A DNA stretch of 64,000 nucleotides from an uncultured Acidobacteriota bacterium. Lineage in GTDB: Bacteria; Acidobacteriota; Vicinamibacteria; Vicinamibacterales; 2-12-FULL-66-21. Location of the stretch: the NCBI GenBank assembly GCA_963776315.1, contig CAVZMJ010000010.1, forward strand, positions 148,896 to 212,895, in the 5' to 3' direction. Below are positions 27,490 through 36,747 of the stretch, in pieces (position 1 is the first letter of the stretch; each line of letters begins with the position of its first letter). A program made the position numbers and the translations under genes. The notes below the pieces were generated by a model that was not told where the DNA came from, did no database searches, and saw only the letters and a program-made list of their open reading frames with translations.

Positions 27490-28826
27490 CTTCGGAGGAG
27501 ACGAAGCGAACCGGAGAAGACTCGACACGAAGGAACGAAGCGAACGAAGACGCACGAAGACAACGAGCTGGACTCGAGTCCCTGCAGCTGGTCGCACCGC
27601 GCTTCGCGCGGTCGGCTGGGCGTGAGTGGCGACGGATCACAAGCACTCCGTGAATCCTGCTCGTGCTTGTGATCCGTCGCCACTCACGCCCAGCCGTGAC
27701 GCCGGCCAAGGCCGGCGTTCGACAGCCGACGGCAGTGCCCGCAGGGGCTAGCCCCGTCGGCGCGGTCCGGGCCCGGTGGGTGTGGACCGCACCTGAAGTG
27801 TGGACGGAGCGGATGCTGACGGCGCTCGAACAGGGCGTCAGAGGAGGCCGATGGTACACGTTGATGGACAAGGTCTATGCGCTGCCAACGCTGCGGGCCG
27901 CCTTCGCGCGAGTGAGGGCGAATCGCGGGGCGGCTGGTGTGGACCATGTGACGATCGCGATGTATGAGGCGCGACTCGACGCGAATCTCGCCGCGCTGTC
28001 GGCGTCGTTGCAGGACGGCACCTACCGCCCGCAGCCGATTCGCCGGCACTGGATTCCGAAAGGGCCGCGCGAGCGGCGCCCCCTCGGGATTCCGACCGTG
28101 CGGGACCGCGTCGTGCAAACCGCTCTGCGTCTGGTCGTGGAACCGATCTTCGACGTCACGTTCGCCGAGCACAGCTACGGCTTTCGTCCGCGTCGGGGCG
28201 CCAAGGCTGCGCTCCGCCGGGTGAACGCGTTGCTGCGCGCCGGCTATCGTTACGTCGTGGACGCGGACCTCCAAGCCTACTTCGACACCATCCCGCTCGC
28301 ACCGCTGCGCGCGCGGGTGGCGGCGAAGGTCAGCGACAGTCGGGTGCTCGCCCTCGTCGACGCCTTCCTGCACCAGCCCATCGTCGAGGGGCTGGCGCAG
28401 TGGACGGTCGAGGAGGGGACCCCGCAAGGCGCGGTCATCAGCCCCGTGCTCGCCAATCTGTATCTCGACCCGCTCGACCACGCGATGGTCGCGGCGGGCT
28501 TCGAGATGGTGCGCTACGCGGACGACTTCGTCGTCCTGTGTCGCACAGCGGACGAAGCGCAGCAAGCACTGGCGGTCGTGCAGCGCTGGACGGCAGCGGC
28601 AGGGCTGCGGCTGCATCCCGAGAAAACACATCTCGTGGACCTGCAGTCCCCGGGCGGCTTTGACTTTCTCGGCTACCACTTCGAGCGGCGCTATCGTCTG
28701 CCGCGCACGAAGAGTCTGCGGAAGCTCAACAGCTCAGCGCGCAGTGCCCGAACCATTCCCGGATCTCTCCGTGCGTCTTCGTTCGCTTCGTTTCTTCGTG
28801 TTGAACCCGTTGCCTCCGTCGCCTCC
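27490..28826. mobile_element. About 1.3 kb palindromic element carrying a truncated reverse transcriptase ORF
   Basis: Inverted arms 27495-27571 and 28760-28826 (core roughly 40 of 44 matching by eye). Three hairpins at 27596-27716, then the RT ORF. Imperfect direct repeats ending in gcagtgcccg at 27732-27741 and 28741-28750 bracket the RT segment. Confidence 0.65.
27614..27695 (+). other. Perfect 33 bp stem with 16 nt loop upstream of the RT (candidate structured RNA or DNA hairpin)
   Basis: ggctgggcgtgagtggcgacggatcacaagcac / gtgcttgtgatccgtcgccactcacgcccagcc. Flanked by accgcgc-ttc-gcgcggt (27596-27612) and gccggcc-aa-ggccggc (27701-27716). Confidence 0.6.
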
Positions 28827-28856
28827 AATGCCACGCACTCTCCACTTCCGATTTGA
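27663..28856 (+). CDS. Group-II-intron-type reverse transcriptase, lacking thumb/maturase (X) and endonuclease regions
   Basis: WTERMLTALEQGVRGGRWYTLMDKVYALPTLRAAFARVRANRGAAGVDHVTI (RT0/1), RRPLGIPTVRDRVVQ, GFRPRRG, GTPQGAVISPVLANLYLDPLD, RYADDFVVLC, LHPEKTHLV, GFDFLGYHF. The homologous part ends at ...RLPRTKSLRKL and the rest reads through the right arm. The real start is probably ATG 27813 or a nearby GTG. Confidence 0.8.
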   Translation: MLVIRRHSRPAVTPAKAGVRQPTAVPAGASPVGAVRARWVWTAPEVWTERMLTALEQGVRGGRWYTLMDKVYALPTLRAAFARVRANRGAAGVDHVTIAMYEARLDANLAALSASLQDGTYRPQPIRRHWIPKGPRERRPLGIPTVRDRVVQTALRLVVEPIFDVTFAEHSYGFRPRRGAKAALRRVNALLRAGYRYVVDADLQAYFDTIPLAPLRARVAAKVSDSRVLALVDAFLHQPIVEGLAQWTVEEGTPQGAVISPVLANLYLDPLDHAMVAAGFEMVRYADDFVVLCRTADEAQQALAVVQRWTAAAGLRLHPEKTHLVDLQSPGGFDFLGYHFERRYRLPRTKSLRKLNSSARSARTIPGSLRASSFASFLRVEPVASVASNATHSPLPI

Positions 28857-28924
28857 CGCCGCCAGCAACGTTGGATACTGTGCGAATGCTCGGCGGCTCT
28901 TCCGCTGGTGCTTCAGGAGACGAC

Positions 28925-29437
28925 ATGGACCAATCTCAGGCACAGTTTCTCGCCCAGTATCTCTGCAAGCTCTGGGAAGGCGAGTTCCCCGCGACGCTCA
29001 AGGTCATCGCCGCGGTCCCCGACGACAAGCGCACGTATCGTCCAGACGAGAAGTCCCGCACGGCCTGGCAGCTGGCGACGCACCTCGCGACGGCTGACAT
29101 CTGGTTCGCCGACAGCGTTGTCGCGGGCAGTTTCGTGTTCGATCCCGCGGTCGCCAAGCAGCGCGAGTCGCTGTTCGGATCGGTCGCGGACGTCGTCGCC
29201 TACTACAAGAAGGAATTTCCCGCCGCGCTCGACCGCGTCCGCGCGATACCCGCCGACAAGCTGGCGGCCACGGTGGACTTCTTCGGCGTCATGCAGATGC
29301 CGAATGTGACCTACCTCGGCTTCGCCAACAACCACTCGGTGCATCACCGCGGCCAGCTGGCCGCGTACCTCCGCGCGATGGGGTCGAAGGTGCCGGCGAT
29401 CTACGGCGACAGCGCCGACGAGAAGATGGGCGGGTGA
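28925..29437 (+). CDS. DinB family protein
   Basis: MDQSQAQFLAQYL...WQLATHLATADIWF...NNHSVHHRGQLAAYLRAMG is a DinB-type His triad pattern. Confidence 0.8.
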   Translation: MDQSQAQFLAQYLCKLWEGEFPATLKVIAAVPDDKRTYRPDEKSRTAWQLATHLATADIWFADSVVAGSFVFDPAVAKQRESLFGSVADVVAYYKKEFPAALDRVRAIPADKLAATVDFFGVMQMPNVTYLGFANNHSVHHRGQLAAYLRAMGSKVPAIYGDSADEKMGG

Positions 29438-29519
29438 TCGTTCGCGAGGCAACGGAAGTGGCCGACCAGCCTCCGCTTGCCCCGACCTCGTCAGCTTCGG
29501 GATAGAGTAGTGGTGACTC

Positions 29520-30227
29520 ATGTCCACTGACTACTCGACCCTCGAAGGCGCGCTCGTTTCCGCGGTTGGTCCTCTCCGCCTGATCGCCGTCTCGTATCTG
29601 TCAGCCGCTCCACAGGGAGTGGAGCAGTTCTCGGGCACGGTTCCGTCCGGGTGCACGTTCTGGAGCCTCGCCGCGAGCGGCAACGGCTTCTACACGGTGC
29701 CGGACGATCACCTGAACTGTCCGATCGGCAGCTACACGCACGCGATCGATCGGCCCGCCGGCCGCGAGGCGGAGCTCGAGCAGGCGCTGACGCTGATGGC
29801 GGGCATCGGCTACGTGCGGATGGAAGAGGTTCCTGCGATTCCGCGCCTGGCGAAGTCGCCCGCGTTCATCTATTACGCTCCGCTCGGGAAGGCGGTCGTC
29901 GCGCCCGACGTGATCATCGCGGCTGGGCGGCCGGGGCCGCTGATGCCGCTCCAGGAAGCTGCCGCGCGCGCCGGCGCCGCGTCACAGCTCCCGTTGCTCG
30001 GCCGTCCGACGTGCATGGCGCTACCCGCGGCGATGGCTCACGGATCGGTCATGAGCACCGGTTGCGTCGGCAACCGCGTCTACACCGGCCTCGGCGACGA
30101 TGAGCTCTATTTGATGATTCCTGGTCCGCGGCTTGCGGATGTTGTGAAGGAGCTCGCGGTGATCACGACCGCGAACGACACGCTGCTGCAGTATCACGAG
30201 CAGCGCCGCGCGACGCTGACATCGTAG
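29520..30227 (+). CDS. DUF169-like protein
   Basis: 235 aa with conserved Cys pattern (SGCTFW, LNCPIGSYTH, RPTCMALP, STGCVGNRVY) as I recall for DUF169. Confidence 0.6.
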   Translation: MSTDYSTLEGALVSAVGPLRLIAVSYLSAAPQGVEQFSGTVPSGCTFWSLAASGNGFYTVPDDHLNCPIGSYTHAIDRPAGREAELEQALTLMAGIGYVRMEEVPAIPRLAKSPAFIYYAPLGKAVVAPDVIIAAGRPGPLMPLQEAAARAGAASQLPLLGRPTCMALPAAMAHGSVMSTGCVGNRVYTGLGDDELYLMIPGPRLADVVKELAVITTANDTLLQYHEQRRATLTS

Positions 30228-30366
30228 CTTGCTGCTCGCTGCTCGCTGCTCGCTGCTCGCTGTTGCCAACCCGGGCCGCCAGCCGGGAGCCGCCAGCGGG
30301 GAGCCGCCAACCCGAGCCGCCAGTCGCCAGCCGCGACCGGCGAGCCGCCGCCCGTCAGCCGCGGAC
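30228..30366. repeat. Heptamer tandem arrays (GCTGCTC)4 followed by (GAGCCGCCA/AGCCGSS)n
   Basis: Same first motif as 17088-17140. Starts right after the DUF169 stop. Confidence 0.6.
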
Positions 30367-30370
30367 TAGA

Positions 30371-30424
30371 GGTCTTGACCCTCCAGAACTTGTCCATTTT
30401 GCGTCAAGTTTCTCGGGTCAAGAC
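30371..30424. terminator. Hairpin ggtcttgaccc ... gggtcaagacc between convergent genes
   Basis: 11 bp stem with a 32 nt loop. A second 10 bp stem ctagcgaggc/gcctcgctag at 30460-30503 spans the stop of the minus-strand gene. Confidence 0.35.
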
Positions 30425-30499
30425 CGTCCCGCGTCAGCGGGCGTTATCAAGAATGCAACCTAGCGAGGCGGAGCCTCGTGGGTCTGAGGCGCAGCCTCG

Positions 30500-30769
30500 C
30501 TAGTACTCCGCCATCTCATCGTCGGGATAGCAGTAGAGCCACCGCTCCCCCGGCTCGGCGGACGCGACGACCGGATGTCCGCTGGTGCGGGCGTGCTTGG
30601 TCGCGTGCTGGTTCGGCGACGAGTCGCAGCAGAGCGTGGCGCCGCACGACTGGCACGTGCGGAGGTGGACCCAGCGGGCCCCAATCTTGACGCACTCCTC
30701 GCAGCGCCGTGCCTTCGCGTGCTTGACGTCGGTGATCACGTTGATGTGTTGACAGACTTGGGAAGCCAT
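30500..30769 (-). CDS. UBP-type zinc-finger domain protein
   Basis: MASQVCQHINVITDVKHAKARRCEECVKIGARWVHLRTCQSCGATLCCDSSPNQHATKHARTSGHPV. The rest of track ORF 30500..31450 is an antisense artefact. Confidence 0.8.
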   Translation of the reverse strand: MASQVCQHINVITDVKHAKARRCEECVKIGARWVHLRTCQSCGATLCCDSSPNQHATKHARTSGHPVVASAEPGERWLYCYPDDEMAEY

Positions 30770-30801
30770 AGTCGTGTTGTGCCCGCGAATTGCCCCGGCG
30801 C

Positions 30802-32403
30802 CTACGAGGCCGCCGTGCCCGTCAGTTCTTCGTAGGTGCCCTTGAAGTCCACGATCTTGCCGTCCTCGAAGTGCCACACGCGGGTGCCGACTTCTTCGAG
30901 CAGATCCTGGTCGTGGGTCACGAGCAGGACCGTGCCCTCGAACTTCTGGAGCGCGACGTTCAGGGCGTTGATCGACTCGAGGTCCAGGTGGTTCGTCGGC
31001 TCGTCGAGGATGAGGACGTTCGGCTTGAGAAGCATGATGCGGCAGAAGAGCAGCCGCGCCGTTTCGCCGCCCGACAGCGCCTCGGTCGGCTTGAGGCCTT
31101 CCTCGCCGCTGAAGAGCATCTGACCGAGCAGCCCGTGAATCTCCTGGCGCGCCGCGTCGGGGTCGAACTGGTGCAGCCACTCGACTGCGGTCAATCCCTT
31201 CTCGATTGCGCCAGTGTGATCCTGGGGGAAGTAGCCGATCGAGACCTCGTGCCCCCACCGGATCGATCCGCTGTCCAGATCCGCCGGCGACGCTGGCCGA
31301 TCGGGCGCGTCCGCGAGCAGCGCCTTGAGCATCGTCGTCTTGCCGACGCCGTTCCTGCCGACCAGAACGATCTTCTCGCCGCGGTTGACGATCGCGCTGA
31401 AATTCTTGATCACCTTCAGGGGGCCATGGGCCTTGTTGAGACCCTTGCACTCGAACGGCACTTTGCCCGACGGGCGCTTGGTCGTGAACTTGATGTAGGG
31501 ACGCTGGATGTTGGATCGGGCCAGCTCGGTCGTCTGCAGCCGCTCGACCTCCTTGCGCCGCGACGTGACCTGGCTCGCCCGTGTGCCGGCGCCGAACCGC
31601 GCGATGAAGTCGTTGAGCTGCGCGATCTTCTTCTCGCGCTGCGCGTTGTCGGCTTCGATCGTCGAGCGGATCTGCGTCTTGGCGAGCACCATGTCGTCGT
31701 AGCCGCCGGTATACGTGATGATCGTCTGGTAGTCGATGTCGGCGATGTGCGTGCAGACCTTGTTCAGGAAGTGCCGGTCGTGCGAGATCACGATGAGCGT
31801 GCCCTGATAGCGCTCGAGGAACGACTGCAGCCAGTGGATCGAGTCGAGGTCGAGGTGGTTCGTCGGCTCGTCGAGCAGCAGCGCCTCAGGGCTCCCGTAG
31901 AGCGCCTGCGCCAGGAGCACGCGGACCTTCTGACCGCCTTGCAGCTCAGCCATCTTGCGATCGTGCAGCGCGTCGGGGATGTCGAGCCCCTGCAGGAGCA
32001 CGGCGGCGTCGCTCTCGGCCGAGTACCCGTCCTCCTCGCCGACGATGCCCTCGAGCTCGCCGAGCCGCATGCCGTCGTCGTGCGTCATGTCGGGCTTTTC
32101 GTAGAGCGCGTCCCGTTCCTTGAGCGCGTTCCACAACCGCTCGTTGCCCATGATGACGGTGTCGGTGACCCGATAGTCGTCGAAGGCGTACTGATCCTGT
32201 CGCAGCACGCCGAGCTTGCGCGGCCGGCTGACCGTGCCTCGTTGCGGCTGGGTCTCGCCCGTCAGGAGCTTCATGAAGGTGGACTTGCCGGCCCCGTTCG
32301 GGCCCGTGAGGCCGTAGCGCCGGCCCGCCGAGAACGTCGTCGTGACCTCCTCGAAGAGGATCTTCGACCCGAACCGCATGGAAACGCCGCTGACCGAAAT
32401 CAT
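30802..32403 (-). CDS. ABC-F family ATPase (YbiT/EttA-like)
   Basis: Two ABC cassettes: GPNGAGKST / LSGGQKVRV and GRNGVGKTT / LSGGETARL. No TM domain. Confidence 0.9.
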   Translation of the reverse strand: MISVSGVSMRFGSKILFEEVTTTFSAGRRYGLTGPNGAGKSTFMKLLTGETQPQRGTVSRPRKLGVLRQDQYAFDDYRVTDTVIMGNERLWNALKERDALYEKPDMTHDDGMRLGELEGIVGEEDGYSAESDAAVLLQGLDIPDALHDRKMAELQGGQKVRVLLAQALYGSPEALLLDEPTNHLDLDSIHWLQSFLERYQGTLIVISHDRHFLNKVCTHIADIDYQTIITYTGGYDDMVLAKTQIRSTIEADNAQREKKIAQLNDFIARFGAGTRASQVTSRRKEVERLQTTELARSNIQRPYIKFTTKRPSGKVPFECKGLNKAHGPLKVIKNFSAIVNRGEKIVLVGRNGVGKTTMLKALLADAPDRPASPADLDSGSIRWGHEVSIGYFPQDHTGAIEKGLTAVEWLHQFDPDAARQEIHGLLGQMLFSGEEGLKPTEALSGGETARLLFCRIMLLKPNVLILDEPTNHLDLESINALNVALQKFEGTVLLVTHDQDLLEEVGTRVWHFEDGKIVDFKGTYEELTGTAAS

Positions 32404-33677
32404 GACGAGAAGCCTTCCGTTGATGCCAAACCCTTAATTGTAGCAGAAGCCCCCAGCCCGGCCGCTCGGCCCGTGGCCCAGGCCCAGAGGAAGTTGTAAC
32501 CGCCGATCGGTCCGAAGGCGTCGAGCATCTCTCCGCACAGGAAGAGGCCTTTGTGCTTCCGGCTCTCCATCGTCCTGGGGTCGACCTCGCTCAGGCTGAC
32601 ACCGCCGCCGGTCACCTCGGCCTTCTTGTAGCCTTCATCGCCGGTCCAGGGCAGCACGCCGCGAACGAGGAGATCGATCAGCCGCAGTCGATCGGCGCGG
32701 CTGAGGTGGGCGAGCGACTGCCGCGGATCGATCCCGGCGGCATCGATCAGGGCCTCGGCGAGACGAAGCGGCAGGTCGGCGCTGACGGCCGTGAGAACCG
32801 TGCGCGTGCCCTGGGGTTTCAGCGCTGCCTTCCACGCCTCCTCGCCACGTACCGTCCAGCGCACCTTGATCACGGCAGGAGACATCGCCTCCGCGCGAGA
32901 TCGCACCGCAACGTGAGACACGTCGAGGACGGCCGGCCCGCTGTAGCCATGGTGCGTGAAGAGAAAGCCGCCGGTTGCCGTCGACGAGAGACCATTCGCG
33001 CGCGCCGTGATCGTTATTGGCAGCGACACCCCCGACAGCGACGCGAACGGCGCCGGGCTGGCCGTGAGCGGAGTCAATGCGGGATAGGTTGGCTGGATGG
33101 CGTGGCCCAGCGCTTCAGCGATGCGCAGGCCGCCGCCGTCGCTGCCCGTGCTCGGCACCGAGAGTCCGCCGGTAGCGATGACGAGCGCATCGGCGTGTAA
33201 CGGTTCGGCATCGTGAATGTCGATGCGCCAGCCGCTGCCCTGGGGGCGGAATCCAATGACGGTCGTATTCATCAGAATGCGCGCGCCGCGCCGTCGTGCG
33301 AGGTCCAGCAGGCGATCGCGAACGTCCCTTGCCCGTTGCGACGCAGGGAAGAGCTTTGCCGACTCCACCTCTTCGACGAGCGGCATTCCGAGCTCTCGTT
33401 CGAAGAATGCGATCTGTTCCCTGAGCGGCCACGAACGCACGATGCGGCGGACGAGATGAGGCGGGGCCTCACTGACGAATCGTGACTCGTCGAGTCGGGC
33501 CGGCAGGATATTGCATCGCCCTCCGCCGCTGATGAGGATCTTGCGCCCGCCGTCGGCCGTGCGCTCGAGGAGCACTGTGTCGGCGCCCGAGGCCGCGGCG
33601 AAGATCGCCGCCATCGTGCCGGCCGCCCCCGCGCCAATGACAACGACGCGGGCGGTGCTCGAAGCGGGATCGGTCAT
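32400..33677 (-). CDS. HI0933/BaiN-like NAD(P)/FAD-dependent oxidoreductase
   Basis: VVVIGAGAAGTMAAIFAA ... ILISGGGRCNI. The stop overlaps the ABC-F start (ATGA). The ATG at 33677 is preferred over the GTG at 33683. Confidence 0.85.
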   Translation of the reverse strand: MTDPASSTARVVVIGAGAAGTMAAIFAAASGADTVLLERTADGGRKILISGGGRCNILPARLDESRFVSEAPPHLVRRIVRSWPLREQIAFFERELGMPLVEEVESAKLFPASQRARDVRDRLLDLARRRGARILMNTTVIGFRPQGSGWRIDIHDAEPLHADALVIATGGLSVPSTGSDGGGLRIAEALGHAIQPTYPALTPLTASPAPFASLSGVSLPITITARANGLSSTATGGFLFTHHGYSGPAVLDVSHVAVRSRAEAMSPAVIKVRWTVRGEEAWKAALKPQGTRTVLTAVSADLPLRLAEALIDAAGIDPRQSLAHLSRADRLRLIDLLVRGVLPWTGDEGYKKAEVTGGGVSLSEVDPRTMESRKHKGLFLCGEMLDAFGPIGGYNFLWAWATGRAAGLGASATIKGLASTEGFSS

Positions 33678-33680
33678 CGA

Positions 33681-33780
33681 CACGATGAAGGGCCGCGAAG
33701 GGCTCGAAGACCGCGAGGATCGCGAAGCAGGGCTTGATAACCGTCCTTCGTGGTCTTCGTGATCTTCGCGGTCATCGTGA
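33681..33780. repeat. Imperfect palindromic element with CGAAG/ACGATGA-type arms
   Basis: cacgatgaagggccgcgaagggctcgaagaccgcgagg versus ccttcgtggtcttcgtgatcttcgcggtcatcgtg (about 80 percent complementary by eye). Confidence 0.5.
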
Positions 33781-33807
33781 ATGGCGTCGTGGCGTTCAGC
33801 CGCCTAA

Positions 33808-34854
33808 TCATCCCTCCCGTGGCAGCAGCACGGACTTGATGACGCGCCCGTCGTGCATCGAGTCGAACGCCTCGCGCCAGCCGGCGAGGGGCGAGCGGAG
33901 TCCGACGATGGTGTCGGCCATCGTCACCCCGCGATCGAGCAGCTGGATGACGCGCTCCCAGACGGGATAGTTGTGGCTGAACGACCCTTGCAGGCGAACG
34001 TTCTTGAATACCAGCGGGTTCACATCGGTCGTAATGCGATCCGGCGACCATCCGACCTTTGACACCTGGCCGTCCGGGCGCGCCAGCCGCAGCGCGGTTT
34101 CGAGCGTGGCGCTCGCACCCGACGCATCGCAGACAAGGTCCGCACCGATGGGGCAGATGTCGCGGACGATCTCGTCCAGGTTCTCCGTCTCGATGTCGAC
34201 GGTATGCGTCGCGCCCAGCCGTCGTGCGGTCTCGAGGCGTGGCCGGTCCACCGACAATCCGGCGACGATGAGCGTGCTCGCACCAGACAGCGCCGCCATC
34301 CGCGTGCACAGCAGTCCGATGGGGCCTGGCCCGATGACGACAACGAAATCGCCCGGCGCGATTCTCGAGTTGACGCACATCACCTGGTAGGCAACCGAGT
34401 GCGGCTCGGCCAGGCACGCGATGTCGAAGGGCAGAGAATCGGGGATGTGGTGCAGGCATCTCGCCGGCACGCGAACGTACTGCGCCATAGCGCCGTTGAC
34501 GCCGTAGCCGAACCCCTTTCGCTCCGGGCACAGGTTGTAGCGGCCTGTCCGGCAGAGCAGGCACGTCCCGCAGATCTCGGCCGCCGTCTCGCTGACGACG
34601 CGATCGCCTTCGCGAAAACCGGTGACGCCGCGGCCCAGCCGGGCGATGGTGCCGCCGAATTCATGGCCCAGGACGACCGGGATGTTGACCGGCCACGAAT
34701 GGGTGTTGCGCGACTGGTGCACATCCGAGCCGCAAACCGACACGGCGCCGACTTCGAGCAGCACCTCGCCGTCGCCAATCTGAGGAATCGGGACCTCGCG
34801 CAGTTCGACGGCGAGCGGTTCGAGCGCGTAGTGGACGACGGCTTGTTGGGTCAC
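33808..34854 (-). CDS. Zinc-dependent alcohol/polyol dehydrogenase (MDR family)
   Basis: VCGSDVH, GHEFGG, CGTCLLCRTGRYNLC structural-zinc loop, VVIGPGPIGL. The GTG at 34854 is assumed as start because the longer ORF runs into the repeat. Confidence 0.85.
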   Translation of the reverse strand: MTQQAVVHYALEPLAVELREVPIPQIGDGEVLLEVGAVSVCGSDVHQSRNTHSWPVNIPVVLGHEFGGTIARLGRGVTGFREGDRVVSETAAEICGTCLLCRTGRYNLCPERKGFGYGVNGAMAQYVRVPARCLHHIPDSLPFDIACLAEPHSVAYQVMCVNSRIAPGDFVVVIGPGPIGLLCTRMAALSGASTLIVAGLSVDRPRLETARRLGATHTVDIETENLDEIVRDICPIGADLVCDASGASATLETALRLARPDGQVSKVGWSPDRITTDVNPLVFKNVRLQGSFSHNYPVWERVIQLLDRGVTMADTIVGLRSPLAGWREAFDSMHDGRVIKSVLLPREG

Positions 34855-34904
34855 GGATAACAGGGATACAACGAGTTGGCCGCGATCGCAAGCGCCGTGA
34901 TTTT

Positions 34905-35200
34905 GGGGACGCGGATCTCGCGGATCACCGCACGCCCACAGGACGCGGATCACTCCGGGACACGGATTACTACGGGACGCGGATTACGCGGATCACTGCG
35001 GGACACGGTTGCGCGGATCCGCTAGGACGTAGTTCGTCGATCGCCGACGGGGTGTGTTCCAGCAGAGCGGACCCCAATCACAGAGGAAGATTCGCGCAAT
35101 CCGCGTCCTTTGAAAACCGTGATCCGCGACCGCTCCGCAACCGTGTCCGCGAAATCCGCTCCGTGACCTGATTTGAATCCGCGAGAATCCGCGTCCGAGC
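34905..35200. repeat. About 300 bp palindromic element with GGGACGCGGATCAC-type arms
   Basis: Left arm 34905-35015 (gggacgcggatc units) and right arm about 35090-35200 (gatccgcg units) around a loop of about 75 nt. Confidence 0.6.
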
Positions 35201-35265
35201 TCGTGTCTCTTGCGCGATAAGTGCTGTCGCGTGACAGAATTGACTCGTTGCCTCAGAGTAAACTC

Positions 35266-35475
35266 ATGAAGCTCTATCTGAAGACGTTTCTGCTCGTCGG
35301 CTCGTGCTTCGGTGTCCTGACTCATTTTGTGACCAGAGAATCGATGCCGTGGTGGCCTGATACGGCGATTATGGGCGCGACCTTTGGGACACTCGCAACG
35401 TTGGGCACGTTCCAGCATCGTCGCACCAATCGGATCCTCTGGAACGCGCTGAAGAGCGCCTTCCGACGTTCATAG
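35266..35475 (+). CDS. Small two-TM protein, hypothetical
   Basis: MKLYLKTFLLVGSCFGVLTHFV...AIMGATFGTLATLGTF. Locally lower GC. No family recognised. Confidence 0.35.
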   Translation: MKLYLKTFLLVGSCFGVLTHFVTRESMPWWPDTAIMGATFGTLATLGTFQHRRTNRILWNALKSAFRRS

Positions 35476-35487
35476 CGTCGATCGCTG

Positions 35488-36480
35488 TTGATGCGGTTTC
35501 TACACGTCGCGAATGGCACATCGACCACGGGAACGATCCACCTGGCCGGGATTCCCGGGTCGACCTCCATCTGGGCGGATCCGCTGCACGAGGGCCCTGT
35601 TCCCGGACACCTGACGGATGAGGAGTTGCTCGACGTGCGCGCGCGTCATCTGGCTGGGGACGGTTCTGCGGGAATCGATGCGGCAGACACGATCGCCGAG
35701 CTTCGGCGCTGGCGCCAGGTGATCGACGATCACCCGTCCTACGACGAGCTGGTCCTCTGGTACGAGCACGATCTCTTCGATCAGCTCAATCTCATTCAGC
35801 TGCTCAACCGGATCGGGCAGGGACCGTGGGTTTCTCGATCCGTGCGCCTCATCTGTATCGACGCCTTTCCGGGTCATCCGCACTTCAAAGGGCTGGGTGA
35901 GCTGTCGCCCGACGAGCTCGGATCGCTCTTCGGCGCGAGGCAACCCGTCAGCGCGGCGCAGTACGCGCTGGCCGCGCGGGCATGGGACGCCTTCCGTGCC
36001 GCCGATCCCCTGGCGCTTGACGCGCTGCTGCATACAGATACGTCGGCCCTGCCGTTTCTTGCCGCGGCACTGCGGCGCCACCTCGAGGACTATCCGTGGA
36101 CGCGCGACGGGCTGTCGCGAACCGAACGCCGCTTGATGACGTTGGCACAGCCGGGCCCGATCGATATCTCGAGGGCGTTTGCCCTCATGCACGACGACGA
36201 AACGGCGTTCTACATTGCCGACTCGTCGTTCTGGCACGTCGTCAAGGAACTGGAATCGGCGCGGCCGGCGCTCGTCTCCGTTGCCGGGACTGCGACCGTT
36301 TCGGGCCGGTTGCCGGACGCTACGATCGCCTTGACCGACGCAGGTCGCTCGATTCTCGGCGGCCATGTCGATCGCGTCGAGCGGTGTGGCCTCGATCGCT
36401 GGCTTGGTGGCGTGCACCTCACGGGCGCGCATCCGATGTGGCGATGGGATGACGCGTTGGAAAAGATCTGGCAATGCTGA
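35488..36480 (+). CDS. DUF1835 domain protein
   Basis: N-terminus LHVANGTSTTGTIHLAGIPGSTSIWADPLHEGPVP and WYEHDLFDQLNLIQLL match my memory of DUF1835. Confidence 0.7.
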   Translation: MMRFLHVANGTSTTGTIHLAGIPGSTSIWADPLHEGPVPGHLTDEELLDVRARHLAGDGSAGIDAADTIAELRRWRQVIDDHPSYDELVLWYEHDLFDQLNLIQLLNRIGQGPWVSRSVRLICIDAFPGHPHFKGLGELSPDELGSLFGARQPVSAAQYALAARAWDAFRAADPLALDALLHTDTSALPFLAAALRRHLEDYPWTRDGLSRTERRLMTLAQPGPIDISRAFALMHDDETAFYIADSSFWHVVKELESARPALVSVAGTATVSGRLPDATIALTDAGRSILGGHVDRVERCGLDRWLGGVHLTGAHPMWRWDDALEKIWQC

Positions 36481-36735
36481 ATGCTGAGTGCTGAATGCTG
36501 AAATGAATTGCGGACTCGGCGTGCTGCCATGAGCACGGACAAGAAGGGTGCGCAGGGTGCCAAAGGGCCTTGGGTGCCTGGTGCTTAGAGTGCCAGGTGC
36601 TGGAGTGCCTCGGTGCCAGGTGCCCATCGCAACCCGACACCTGGGCCCCCAGCACCGAGGCCATCTTGGCCCGTTGGCCCCGTGGCACTTCAAGCACCGG
36701 GCACTGAGGCCCCTTCGCACCCTGGCACCTCGAAG
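36474..36735. repeat. (GCTGAAT)4 heptamers plus a long imperfect palindrome of GGTGCCW-type motifs
   Basis: gggtgccaaagggccttgggtgcctggtgcttagagtgcca... versus the complement ...tggcacttcaagcaccgggcactgaggccccttcgcaccc. Centre near 36640. Confidence 0.45.
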
Positions 36736-36747
36736 AGTGAGCCGCGT

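Noticed and set aside
27490-28856. Complete mobile group II intron
   Set aside because: There is far too little non-coding RNA on either side of the ORF for domains I-III and V-VI. No domain V-like sequence was seen, and the ORF lacks the X/thumb and En regions.
27570-28856. Retron (msr-msd plus RT)
   Set aside because: The hairpin layout is suggestive, but the RT has group-II-type blocks (PQG..ISPLLAN-like, FLGY) rather than retron-type motifs. The long inverted arms enclose the RT as well, unlike a1/a2 repeats. It is kept only as a remote alternative in the finding.
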